Source: an uncultured Gammaproteobacteria bacterium
GTDB lineage: Bacteria > Patescibacteriota > Patescibacteriia > Magasanikbacterales > UBA922
Direction of reading: 5' to 3'
NCBI GenBank assembly: GCA_964435035.1
Contig: CAYSXR010000004.1
Location: 676 to 64,675, forward strand
Length of the DNA stretch: 64,000 bases
How positions within the stretch are numbered: position 1 is the first letter of the stretch; every line of letters starts with the position of its first letter. The position numbers and the translations under genes are program-made. The notes under the pieces were generated by a model. It was not told the origin of the DNA. It saw only the letters and a list, made by a program, of their open reading frames with translations, and ran no database searches. Shown here piece by piece: positions 28,169-36,578 of the stretch.

Positions 28169-29428
28169 ATGTACGAACGATATAATCTCCACAATGGAGC
28201 AGAAGTGTGTCTAGTTCCTATCAAGGATGCACAGTCAACGACTGTTCTTATTATGTATCCTGTTGGTTCACGCTATGAATCATTTAAATTGAATGGAGTG
28301 TCACATTATATTGAACATCTTTTTTTCAAAGGTACTAAGAAGCGTCCAACGACTTTGAAGTTGACTAGTGAAATTGATCGACTTGGTGCCGAGTATAATG
28401 CATTTACGAGTAAAGAATATACAGGATATTATATTAAAGCAGCAGGAAATTTTCTTGAAACTTCGCTTGATATTCTTTCAGACATGCTTTTCAATTCACT
28501 GTTTGATGCGCGTGAAATGGAGAGAGAGAAGAAAGTAATTGCTGAAGAAATCAAAATGTATAATGATAATCCACTGATGCATATTGATTCAGTGTTTGAA
28601 AGTTCGCTCTATAAGGGCAGTCCTCTTGCGTGGGATATTGCAGGAACGGTAAAGCATGTACAAGAATACAAGCGTGAGGATGTGTTGAAGTATCGTGATA
28701 CGTATTATGATGCAAGTGCAATGAAGATTGTGATTGCAGGTGCGATGAATGCTGAAACGAAAAATTTGATTGAAAAATATTTTGGTATACCTGCAACCAA
28801 GAAAAAAATGAAAAATGTGTATAAACCAATGGTCTATGGTTCAACCAAGCGAGAAGATCGATTGGTGATTGATCATAAAACTACTGACCAGGTGCAGATG
28901 ATGCTTGGGTTTCCCTCATTTTCACATACGGATGAGAGGTTGCATGCTCAGACAGTCATGAATACTATTCTCGGAGGATCGATGAGTTCACGTTTGTTTA
29001 TTCAGATTCGCGAACGCAGGGGATTGGCCTATATGGTGCGCTCAGGATCGGATCAATTCCGTGACACGGGTTATACGTTTGTTCGCTCAGGCCTTGAAGC
29101 GACAAATATTAATAAAGCACTTGACGTTATCAAAAATGAAATTGAAAAAATGGTCGAGAAGGGTGTAACCAAGAAAGAGTTAGAAGATGCTAAGACTCAT
29201 ATCAGAGGATCATTTACCCTTTCTCTTGAGGATAGTAGTATGCAGGCGAATTATTATGCACGCCATTTATTATTCCAGAAAAATATTGAAACTCCTGAAG
29301 AAATACTTTCAAAAATCGATGAGGTTACACATGATGAGATCAAAGCGGTGGCGAAGAAATTATTCAATTGGAAACAAGCGCGGCTTGCGATTATTGGAAA
29401 TACTGATGAGTCGAAGATTAAGTTCTAG
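28169..29428 (+). CDS. M16 family zinc metallopeptidase (pitrilysin/insulinase-like)
   Basis: Inverted zinc motif HYIEHLFFKG (HxxEH). Confidence 0.8.
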   Translation: MYERYNLHNGAEVCLVPIKDAQSTTVLIMYPVGSRYESFKLNGVSHYIEHLFFKGTKKRPTTLKLTSEIDRLGAEYNAFTSKEYTGYYIKAAGNFLETSLDILSDMLFNSLFDAREMEREKKVIAEEIKMYNDNPLMHIDSVFESSLYKGSPLAWDIAGTVKHVQEYKREDVLKYRDTYYDASAMKIVIAGAMNAETKNLIEKYFGIPATKKKMKNVYKPMVYGSTKREDRLVIDHKTTDQVQMMLGFPSFSHTDERLHAQTVMNTILGGSMSSRLFIQIRERRGLAYMVRSGSDQFRDTGYTFVRSGLEATNINKALDVIKNEIEKMVEKGVTKKELEDAKTHIRGSFTLSLEDSSMQANYYARHLLFQKNIETPEEILSKIDEVTHDEIKAVAKKLFNWKQARLAIIGNTDESKIKF

Positions 29429-29484
29429 AACAGGTTACACGCGAAATTTGAATGAATCGAATTTATGAATAGGAGAAAAGTTTT

Positions 29485-29514
29485 CTGGTTTACTGGTTGT
29501 CTAGTTGTCTGGTG
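29485..29514 (+). repeat. Family E 8-bp periodic repeat, copy E2
   Basis: CTGGTTTA-CTGGTTGT-CTAGTTGT-CTGGTG. Confidence 0.5.
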
Positions 29515-29553
29515 AATTCGTGTATTCTTTTGACTTTTTACTTTTGACTTCAC

Positions 29554-30297
29554 ATGGATATGAAATATATATTTGGAAATTGGAAAATGTATCTTGATTA
29601 TACTGAAAGTGTTGCACTCTCAGAGAGTATTCGAGATACACAGCTACCGGAGGATTTGGTATGTACCGTATTTCCAAATACACTTGCATTTGTAGGTGTG
29701 CATGAAATTTTGAAAGATACTTCGATTGGTCTTGGTGCACAGAATGTTTCGTGGGTACCTCGGGGTGCCTATACCGGTGCTACTTCAACTGAATTGTTTC
29801 ATAGTGCGGGGGCATCATACGCACTCGTTGGACATTCTGAAAGACGGTATATTTTTGGAGAAACAGATGAAGCTGCTAGGAAAAAATTGGAAGCGTGTTT
29901 GGATGCAAAGCTTATTCCTGTGGTCTGTATTGGTGAAACCAAAGAAGACCGAGTAGACCAAAAAGCTGAGTATCGAGTGAAAAAACAGGTTATGAAGTTG
30001 TTTGAAGGGCTTACTACTTCTCAGCAGATAATTGTGGCATATGAGCCTGTGTGGGCAATTGGGACGGGAGATGCTTGTGATGCGGAAGAAGCAGTACGTA
30101 TGATTACGCTTATTAAAGAGGAAATAAAGATGTATTTTCCAAGAGCTATTCCGGTACTCTATGGCGGAAGTGTGGACGAGAAAAATGCTGCTGAGTATCT
30201 ATCCTACGGAATTATTGATGGTGTATTGGTAGGATCTGCATCGACTGATGGAGTGCGGTTTAAAAAAATAATTGAGAGTTCTGTAATCTCTGTATGA
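29554..30297 (+). CDS. tpiA: Triosephosphate isomerase
   Basis: GNWKM, GHSERR, AYEPVWAIGTG, YGGSV motifs. Confidence 0.9.
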   Translation: MDMKYIFGNWKMYLDYTESVALSESIRDTQLPEDLVCTVFPNTLAFVGVHEILKDTSIGLGAQNVSWVPRGAYTGATSTELFHSAGASYALVGHSERRYIFGETDEAARKKLEACLDAKLIPVVCIGETKEDRVDQKAEYRVKKQVMKLFEGLTTSQQIIVAYEPVWAIGTGDACDAEEAVRMITLIKEEIKMYFPRAIPVLYGGSVDEKNAAEYLSYGIIDGVLVGSASTDGVRFKKIIESSVISV

Positions 30298-31196
30298 TGC
30301 TTATTATTCCCATTATTTTAGCAGTAGTTTCTCTTGGTGTTATTATAGGTATTGTCTATCGACACTATCATCAAATAACACTTCTTAATGTTGAGTCTTT
30401 GCCATACATGCGGGAAGAAAAGAAAAAAGAAGAGTTTATTCGTAAAAAAGCTGCTATTAAAAGTTCACAAGTGCATGCTCGTGTTCGTGTGATGGTCGTA
30501 GCACCAGTTATTACTATTGCAAAACAAATTCAACTTAAATTCAGAAGATTTGTTGGGTTGGTCGAGCGTCGTGCGATGATGCAGGATACTTCGAAAAGAA
30601 AGTATGCGACTCCTGAAGAAGAAACGCGTCATCAATTGAATATTCAACAATTAATGCTTGAAGCAAAACGTGATTTTGATGCTGAAGATTATGATACTGC
30701 TGAAAAAAAATATTTAACGGTCTTGCGTCAAGAATCAAAGAATACGGATGCGTATCAAGGGCTTGCAGAAGTGTACCAAAAACAAGGTCAATTAATTGAA
30801 GCAAAAGAAACGTACCAATTTATTTTGCAAATCAATCCGTCTGATGATCAGACACTTATTCGGCTTGGGGATATGTATGAAGAAGAGGGACGTCTGGAAA
30901 AAGCGGTGGAGTACTATGAGCAGGCTGTAATGGTAAACCCTCACAATCCTATACGTTTCGCAAAATTGTATGATTTGCTTTTTGAACTTAAACAATATGA
31001 AACAGCACTTGAGGCGATTCAACAGGCACTGGAGATTGAACCACAAAATCCAAAATATCTTGACAATTTCACTGAAGTAGCTATACTATTGAAACAAAAA
31101 ATGCTTGCAGAGAAGGGGTATCATGAACTTCGGATGATTAATCCTGAGAATCAAAAACTACAATCATTTCGACAACGAATTGATGAACTCACTTAA
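30294..31196 (+). CDS. TPR-repeat protein with an N-terminal TM anchor
   Basis: N-terminal hydrophobic helix; several 34-residue TPR-like units (AYQGLAEVYQKQG, LIRLGDMYEEEG, AVEYYEQAV); ATGA overlap with tpiA. Confidence 0.6.
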   Translation: MMLIIPIILAVVSLGVIIGIVYRHYHQITLLNVESLPYMREEKKKEEFIRKKAAIKSSQVHARVRVMVVAPVITIAKQIQLKFRRFVGLVERRAMMQDTSKRKYATPEEETRHQLNIQQLMLEAKRDFDAEDYDTAEKKYLTVLRQESKNTDAYQGLAEVYQKQGQLIEAKETYQFILQINPSDDQTLIRLGDMYEEEGRLEKAVEYYEQAVMVNPHNPIRFAKLYDLLFELKQYETALEAIQQALEIEPQNPKYLDNFTEVAILLKQKMLAEKGYHELRMINPENQKLQSFRQRIDELT

Positions 31197-31280
31197 GTCC
31201 TGTATTATTTCATAGACTCTGAGTTCCAGTGATTAGAGACTACTTGGAGTGCGGTTCAACTAATATTTTGTAGTCAGCGA

Positions 31281-31353
31281 GCCGTCTTAGCTCAGCTGGT
31301 AGAGCAACGGTTTTGTAAACCGTAGGTCCGGGGTTCGAACCCCCGAGACGGCT
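31281..31353 (+). tRNA. tRNA-Thr (anticodon UGU)
   Basis: Hand-folded cloverleaf: acceptor GCCGTCT/AGACGGC, anticodon loop TTTGTAA, T-loop TTCGAAC. No encoded CCA. Flanked by 6 extra complementary nt on each side. Confidence 0.8.
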
Positions 31354-31381
31354 CGCTGATTATAAAGTTAGGAGTAAAAAT

Positions 31382-31466
31382 GGGTCGATTCCCGAGCGGT
31401 CAAAGGGGGCAGACTGTAAATCTGCTGGCTCAGCCTTCGTAGGTTCGAATCCTACTCGGCCCACCA
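31382..31466 (+). tRNA. tRNA-Tyr (anticodon GUA), long variable arm, CCA encoded
   Basis: Acceptor GGGTCGA/TCGGCCC with a G-U pair, anticodon loop CTGTAAA, T-loop TTCGAAT, 3' ACCA. Confidence 0.8.
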
Positions 31467-31468
31467 AT

Positions 31469-31498
31469 AAAAAGTCGCTTTACCAAGCGGCTTTTTTT
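31469..31498 (+). terminator. Rho-independent terminator after the tRNA pair
   Basis: AAAGTCGCTT-tacc-AAGCGGCTTTTTTT. Confidence 0.7.
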
Positions 31499-31531
31499 GT
31501 AGTATACTCAGTACATATACTTAATCTATAT

Positions 31532-32557
31532 ATGGAAATACTGCCTGGACAACCTCGAAATACATTTGTGCCGTTTCTTTTATTTATTATTTTTTCTATC
31601 TTTGCTGCTTTTGGAGCTGCATATATTTTTTTTAGTTCTACAAATAATCAGCGTGCCCAAACTGATACTATCCGTTTACTAACCATTGACGAAGTTTCGC
31701 AGCAAAATGCAATATCTGGAGGAGGATCAGTTCTATCTATTAATACGTCTACCCTTATCGATAACCCAACACTTTCCGAGATACTAGGACCAGAAGATGA
31801 AAACGGATTATTTTTACACGTCCTTGAGGGGTATGAGCTTGATAAAATAATTCCTATACCACATTCTTCAAGTACTTTGATTGGAACAAGGCATATTACA
31901 GGTACTACCTCTTCAACGTATTCGTTTATGTTGTGGAATGTTTTTGGTGATAGTAGTGATGCTGTCTTGGTAAAGAAATTAGACGTAGATGAGTGTGGTT
32001 TGCCAGGTGTGCAGTGGGAATATTTGTCTGATAAAAGCGCAGTTATAGTCAACTATTGGCAGCGTTCTTGTGAGGGTGATGGTATTCATACGATGTATTA
32101 TTTTGCAGATGATTTTGTTGAGAAATTTAAAATAGTTGAAACCACTGATACGTCAACACTAGTCTTAAGTTTTACTGACAGTAGTACGACGTCTACTATT
32201 TCTTTAATTTCTGATAACGACTGCACTCAATTACCATATCCACGGGAAACTGGTAAAGAATGGAAAGATGAGAATCTACCAGTTGTAAATTTACTAGGTT
32301 TAAAAGTTGTCCGTACAGGAGAAGCTGGAAATAATGAAAAAATGTTAACTTTTTCATCTCCTATATCTTTGCGTTGTGAGGTAGGTTATGGGGATAGTAA
32401 GGAGAATCCATCAATAAAATTAATTAAGTATGCGGAGGGGCAATTACTGTTTGGATTTAATAAGTACGTGGGAATTATTGATCTTGATAAAATTGGAGAT
32501 ATTTTTGAGCATTCAGGTCCATATGGCATATCGGTTGAGGGTGTTACACTCAAATAA
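31532..32557 (+). CDS. Hypothetical secreted/membrane-anchored protein
   Basis: N-terminal TM helix FVPFLLFIIFSIFAAFGAAYIFF; no recognisable domain. Confidence 0.5.
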   Translation: MEILPGQPRNTFVPFLLFIIFSIFAAFGAAYIFFSSTNNQRAQTDTIRLLTIDEVSQQNAISGGGSVLSINTSTLIDNPTLSEILGPEDENGLFLHVLEGYELDKIIPIPHSSSTLIGTRHITGTTSSTYSFMLWNVFGDSSDAVLVKKLDVDECGLPGVQWEYLSDKSAVIVNYWQRSCEGDGIHTMYYFADDFVEKFKIVETTDTSTLVLSFTDSSTTSTISLISDNDCTQLPYPRETGKEWKDENLPVVNLLGLKVVRTGEAGNNEKMLTFSSPISLRCEVGYGDSKENPSIKLIKYAEGQLLFGFNKYVGIIDLDKIGDIFEHSGPYGISVEGVTLK

Positions 32558-32566
32558 TTAATAGTA

Positions 32567-32597
32567 TAAAAAGCCGCTTTACCGAGCGGCTTTTTTC
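32567..32597 (+). terminator. Rho-independent terminator, near-identical to the one at 31469
   Basis: AAAAGCCGCT-ttaccg-AGCGGCTTTTTT. Confidence 0.75.
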
Positions 32598-32614
32598 GTA
32601 TATAGTAACACTAT

Positions 32615-32875
32615 ATGAAAAAACTTTGGTTCAAACGAAAATTGTATGGTTGGGGATGGTATCCGGTCACTTGGGAAGGGTGGGCGGTAATTTTGGTGTA
32701 TATGGGTGCTGTTTTTGCGTTTGCTGCGACTATTGATGAACAGTCTCCACCTCGAGAGCTCATATTTACCTTTTTTTTGCCTATTACACTTCTGACCATT
32801 ACTCTCATTCGTATTTGTTATGCCACGGGTGAAAAACCGCGTTGGCAGTGGGGAGAAGATATTGATAAAAAATAA
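32615..32875 (+). CDS. Small hypothetical membrane protein (86 aa)
   Basis: Two predicted TM helices, Trp-rich. Confidence 0.4.
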   Translation: MKKLWFKRKLYGWGWYPVTWEGWAVILVYMGAVFAFAATIDEQSPPRELIFTFFLPITLLTITLIRICYATGEKPRWQWGEDIDKK

Positions 32876-32900
32876 CCCGCTTTTGGCGGGATTATTTTTT
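32873..32900. terminator. Bidirectional terminator between convergent genes
   Basis: CCCGC-ttttg-GCGGG flanked by an A-run upstream and a T-run downstream. Confidence 0.6.
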
Positions 32901-33358
32901 TACACTATGTCGTGTAGCACTTCGTCTGCATGTATTTCAGGTTTTACATTTTCGTAGTGTTTGAGAATAGTGCCCTCAGGACTGATGAGAAATGATTCTC
33001 GAACTATTCCCATATTTTTTTTACCAAACATTTCTTTCTCTCTCCATACTCCATATGCACTAATTACTTTTTTTTCAGGATCAGCGAGGAGCGGAAAATT
33101 TAAGTGAAATTTTTTAGCAAATTTTTTGTGTGACTCTATGTCATCAGCACTTACACCTAAGACTTGTACGTTTTTTTCTTTGAGTTCATTTAACCTGTCT
33201 TGAAAATTACACGCTTCGGTGGTGCAGCCAGGTGTGTCGTCTTTGGGGTAGAAATAGAGGAGTACATATCTGCCTGCATATTCTGCAAGACTGTGTGTGG
33301 TGCCAAATTGATCCTGGAGCGTGAAGTCAGGGGCTGGTGAATGGAGTGGGGGAGTCAT
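32900..33358 (-). CDS. bcp: Peroxiredoxin (Bcp/thiol peroxidase, AhpC/TSA family)
   Basis: FYPKDDTPGCTTEAC active-site motif. Confidence 0.85.
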   Translation of the reverse strand: MTPPLHSPAPDFTLQDQFGTTHSLAEYAGRYVLLYFYPKDDTPGCTTEACNFQDRLNELKEKNVQVLGVSADDIESHKKFAKKFHLNFPLLADPEKKVISAYGVWREKEMFGKKNMGIVRESFLISPEGTILKHYENVKPEIHADEVLHDIV

Positions 33359-33383
33359 ATAGTATTGATTTAGATTGATTAAA

Positions 33384-33453
33384 AATTGATTATGCAGATT
33401 AAAGAATATGTATTTTCAGTCTAAATCATAATTTAATCTGTTTGAATCAATGT
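33384..33453 (+). repeat. Family B element, copy B3 (degenerate)
   Basis: ATTGATTATGCAGATT...TCAGTCTAAATCA...AATCTGTTTGAATCAATGT; 50 nt upstream of the next ATG. Confidence 0.5.
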
Positions 33454-33505
33454 TAGTATACCATCACTTGCATATCTGTATAGTCTTGTGTTAGCGTATG
33501 GCTGT

Positions 33506-34069
33506 ATGAATACTGAAGTATATAATAACGTGTGTAAAGAACTGGAAGATCGTAGGGCTACCGGAAACCCGTATTGGAATGCGGGTCCTCAGACTGTTGA
33601 TCTTATTATTTCCTATATTCAGAAGTTAGGTCAGTGTCGAGTACTTGAGATTGGTACTTCAAATGGGTATACCGCTTTGCGATTGGTGCCGTCACTTATT
33701 GAGGTTGGAGGAAGTATTACTACGATTGAGTCTCACAAAGAGCGCGGTGATTTGGCGGAACATCATTTTCGTATTGCTGAAGTGGGGAGTATTATTACTT
33801 TGGTACACGGGCATGCACCAGAAATATTTGATTCACTTACGGGGTTATTTGATATTGTATTTCTTGATGCTACCAAATATGAGCATGTTTCGTATGTACA
33901 GGCGCTTCTTTCGTTGATGAATGCCCATTGTGTGGTAATTGCGGATAATATTCATTCGCATGAAGAAGCTATGAAGCCGTTTATTGAGTACATGTATTCT
34001 TTGCCTAGTTTTTCAGTCGAAATTTTATCCACTGAGACTGGAATTCTTGTGGCAGATAAGGAGTTGTAG
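33506..34069 (+). CDS. Class I SAM-dependent O-methyltransferase (caffeoyl-CoA OMT-like)
   Basis: VLEIGTSNGYTAL (motif I) and FDIVFLDATK; ATG at 33506 preferred over the GTG at 33488. Confidence 0.65.
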   Translation: MNTEVYNNVCKELEDRRATGNPYWNAGPQTVDLIISYIQKLGQCRVLEIGTSNGYTALRLVPSLIEVGGSITTIESHKERGDLAEHHFRIAEVGSIITLVHGHAPEIFDSLTGLFDIVFLDATKYEHVSYVQALLSLMNAHCVVIADNIHSHEEAMKPFIEYMYSLPSFSVEILSTETGILVADKEL

Positions 34070-34086
34070 GCCTATTTATTTTCCTG

Positions 34087-34115
34087 TTGACAGGATGGAT
34101 TAATTTGAGTATACT
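34087..34115 (+). promoter_or_regulatory. Promoter for the tRNA-Val/tRNA-Thr cluster
   Basis: TTGACA, 17 nt, TATACT. Confidence 0.6.
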
Positions 34116-34224
34116 GCTCTCCGCATATTGATTACCTTTTACAGCCATGCGCGCCTAGCTCCCGCCCAAGGCGGGCAGGCAGTTGGTCGAGGTGTTTAGT
34201 GATTTTTTGTAAAAACAAATTTAA

Positions 34225-34298
34225 GCGCGCCTAGCTCAGTTGGTTAGAGCATCTCGTTTACACCGAGAGGGTCGGGGGTTCGAATCCCTCGGCGCGCA
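34225..34298 (+). tRNA. tRNA-Val (anticodon UAC)
   Basis: Acceptor GCGCGCC/GGCGCGC, anticodon loop TTTACAC, T-loop TTCGAAT. No encoded CCA. Confidence 0.8.
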
Positions 34299-34384
34299 CT
34301 GAGAAAATGAACAATTAGCAATACACAATTAACAGCACAGTATTTTGTTAATTGCTCTTTGATAATTGTTCATTTTTCATTCAT

Positions 34385-34460
34385 GCTGTCATAGCTCAGT
34401 TGGTAGAGCGCGTCCATGGTAAGGACGAGGTCTCCAGTTCAATCCTGGATGACAGCTCCA
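34385..34460 (+). tRNA. tRNA-Thr (anticodon GGU), CCA encoded
   Basis: Acceptor GCTGTCA/TGACAGC, anticodon loop ATGGTAA, T-loop TTCAATC, 3' TCCA. Confidence 0.75.
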
Positions 34461-34463
34461 GTA

Positions 34464-34496
34464 AAAACATCGCTAAAATAAGCGATGTTTTTTATT
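34464..34496 (+). terminator. Rho-independent terminator after tRNA-Thr
   Basis: AACATCGCT-aaaata-AGCGATGTTTTTTT. Confidence 0.75.
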
Positions 34497-34583
34497 TATA
34501 GCGAGTCTCTTTGTTAGTACTATTTTTCGGTAGGGGGCAATTCTTTGTGTATGACTTCTATTTGCTGTATTTTTTGGTAAAAC

Positions 34584-34612
34584 TTGACAGATACTCTGTA
34601 ATCCTGTACTAT
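34584..34612 (+). promoter_or_regulatory. Promoter of rpmG
   Basis: TTGACA, 17 nt, TACTAT. Confidence 0.5.
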
Positions 34613-34641
34613 TTCCTTACTTCATTTTTAGTTCCTGTATT

Positions 34642-34809
34642 ATGGCTTCCAAGTCAAAAGAACGACAAAATAAGATCAAACTCTCATGTACTGAGTGTAA
34701 GACGGTGACGTATTTCAAAAACAAGAATAAAGCCATCAAACAACGTCTTGAAATCTCAAAGTTTTGCAAGCACTGCACGAAACACTCCATGCATAAAGAG
34801 ACCAAATAA
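34642..34809 (+). CDS. rpmG: 50S ribosomal protein L33 (55 aa; absent from the ORF track because it is under 60 aa)
   Basis: MASKSKERQNKIKLSCTECKTVTYFKNKNKAIKQRLEISKFCKHCTKHSMHKETK matches the L33 zinc-ribbon pattern C-x2-C...C-x2-C with KNK and HKE(T/V)K. Confidence 0.8.
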   Translation: MASKSKERQNKIKLSCTECKTVTYFKNKNKAIKQRLEISKFCKHCTKHSMHKETK

Positions 34810-34863
34810 GATCTTAGTCAAAAACAGCCCTATCTTAGGTGCTGTTTTGAATTAATAAATTAT

Positions 34864-35715
34864 ATGAAATATTTTCTTGAGGTACTGTATAAAAGTCTCA
34901 GTAATCCTGTCTGGTTTTCAGCACAGTCAAAACAGTCAAAAAAATCCACGTGGTTTTTTGTTCTTACTGTTCTTGTGTTAGCTTTTGGTGCGGCTGCTGT
35001 TTTTACCTTCAGAGCTATTCCGTATGCAGTAACCTCAGTGAAAGATATAATCGTAGAAGAAGTACCTGATTTTTATGCAACAGTCACTGATCATAAACTC
35101 TCGGTGACGGGAGTAGAGCAACCTTATGTTCGAAGATTTGAAACAAAAGAGGAAGGGGTACTCGTACTTATTGTTGACACCGTGAGCACTAGTACACTTA
35201 GTGTTGAACAATTTGTTACTTCTTCAGAAAAAGCAATACTCGTTACACAAGATCATGTGCTATCAAATACTACTGAAATTTTTGGAAGTACCAAAGAAGA
35301 TTTTTCTGATGTACCAAATATATCTTTTTCTCGCACAGAGGCAATACAGACACTTGAGAATTTGGTAGGCTCATGGAGATCAATGATTATGGTCGTTGCC
35401 TTGGCGATTGTTTTCTTGATTTGGGGATTGGGATTATTGGCATATCTCCTTATCTGTTCATCACTCATATATCTCGTCTATACTCGCACTACCAAACAAC
35501 CTGTAGGTGAGCGCTACACATGGAAGGAAGTATTTACACTCTCTATATTTGCCTTTGCACTTCCAAAGATTGTAATGACCGCTCTTTCATTTGGACCATT
35601 AATTTCTATTCCTTACGTCGTTACCCTTGTGATGGTTATCGCAGTCTTCCGTGCATTGAGTGTGAAAAAGTCTGTGTCTGAACAAGAAAATGGTTCAGTA
35701 ATGCCGAATCTCTAG
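34864..35715 (+). CDS. Hypothetical polytopic membrane protein
   Basis: N-terminal TM, central soluble region, C-terminal 3 TM helices. Confidence 0.45.
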   Translation: MKYFLEVLYKSLSNPVWFSAQSKQSKKSTWFFVLTVLVLAFGAAAVFTFRAIPYAVTSVKDIIVEEVPDFYATVTDHKLSVTGVEQPYVRRFETKEEGVLVLIVDTVSTSTLSVEQFVTSSEKAILVTQDHVLSNTTEIFGSTKEDFSDVPNISFSRTEAIQTLENLVGSWRSMIMVVALAIVFLIWGLGLLAYLLICSSLIYLVYTRTTKQPVGERYTWKEVFTLSIFAFALPKIVMTALSFGPLISIPYVVTLVMVIAVFRALSVKKSVSEQENGSVMPNL

Positions 35716-35727
35716 AGTTTTCCACAC

Positions 35728-35756
35728 TTGATCAACTCGTTTAATTCAGCTATACT
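35728..35756 (+). promoter_or_regulatory. Promoter of the GST gene
   Basis: TTGATC, 17 nt, TATACT. Confidence 0.5.
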
Positions 35757-35809
35757 GTCTATTCGAGTGCTTTTATGTGCTCTTGTTATTTTAATACTGT
35801 TCGGATGTT

Positions 35810-36415
35810 ATGATTACACTATACGGATCTGCGAATTCAAGTGCGGGCAAATGTATTTGGCTTCTTGAAGAATTGAATGTTCCTTATGAACAAAAGGAAC
35901 TAAACATGAAGATGAAAGAACAAAAGTCTGAGTGGTTTTTGAAATTAAATCCTAATGGGAAAGTTCCAGTATTGGTTGATGAAGAGTTTGTATTGTGGGA
36001 ATCTTTTGCTATCAATCAATATTTGGCAGAAAAATATAAACCACAGCTTTTGGGGAGAACGGTAGAAGAAAAAGCGCTGGTGTCACAGTGGAGTTGGTGG
36101 GCAGCACTTCACCCACAGCAGTACTTTGATACTATTTTGCTTTTTGTTATGTATTCAGTGGGTACTCAGGCTGAAGCTATCAAAGCAGGGGAAGATGTTA
36201 AACAATATCTCAAAATTCTTGAAACTCATCTTACAGACAAAGATTTTGTCGTAGGTAAAGAATTTACTCTTGCAGATGTGAGTATTGGTTCAATCATTAA
36301 TCTTGGATTTGGATTGAACTATGATTTTGGTGAATACCCTGCGATTACTTCGTGGATGGGGCGGTTGAAGACGAGACCTGCTATGATCTCATTACTTGCT
36401 AAGTTGGGAAGATAG
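35810..36415 (+). CDS. Glutathione S-transferase family protein
   Basis: Thioredoxin-like N-terminal domain (YGS..S....W.L.E, GKVPVL) and alpha-helical C-terminal domain. Confidence 0.7.
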   Translation: MITLYGSANSSAGKCIWLLEELNVPYEQKELNMKMKEQKSEWFLKLNPNGKVPVLVDEEFVLWESFAINQYLAEKYKPQLLGRTVEEKALVSQWSWWAALHPQQYFDTILLFVMYSVGTQAEAIKAGEDVKQYLKILETHLTDKDFVVGKEFTLADVSIGSIINLGFGLNYDFGEYPAITSWMGRLKTRPAMISLLAKLGR

Positions 36416-36455
36416 TACAAAATCTCAAAATTTAAAACATAAAACTCAAAATTAT

Positions 36456-36486
36456 AACTCAAAGCTTAAAAGCTTTGAGTTATTTG
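36456..36486 (+). terminator. Rho-independent terminator
   Basis: AACTCAAAGCTT-aa-AAGCTTTGAGTT followed by ATTTG. Confidence 0.7.
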
Positions 36487-36492
36487 TAGCAC

Positions 36493-36521
36493 TTGACAAA
36501 TAAACTATTTTTTTGTATACT
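36493..36521 (+). promoter_or_regulatory. Promoter of typA
   Basis: TTGACA, 17 nt, extended -10 TGTATACT. Confidence 0.6.
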
Positions 36522-36578
36522 TCGCCCACTATTTTGCCTCGAGTCTCGAGTGTATAGCTTGAGGCTTTTATCTTAAAT

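Noticed and set aside
33645-33917. ORF 33645..33917 (+) inside the methyltransferase gene, and the small ORFs around the tRNA/rpmG region (34511..34708 +, 34617..34805 -)
   Set aside because: They overlap a motif-supported methyltransferase, or the L33 gene plus its promoter; no independent support.
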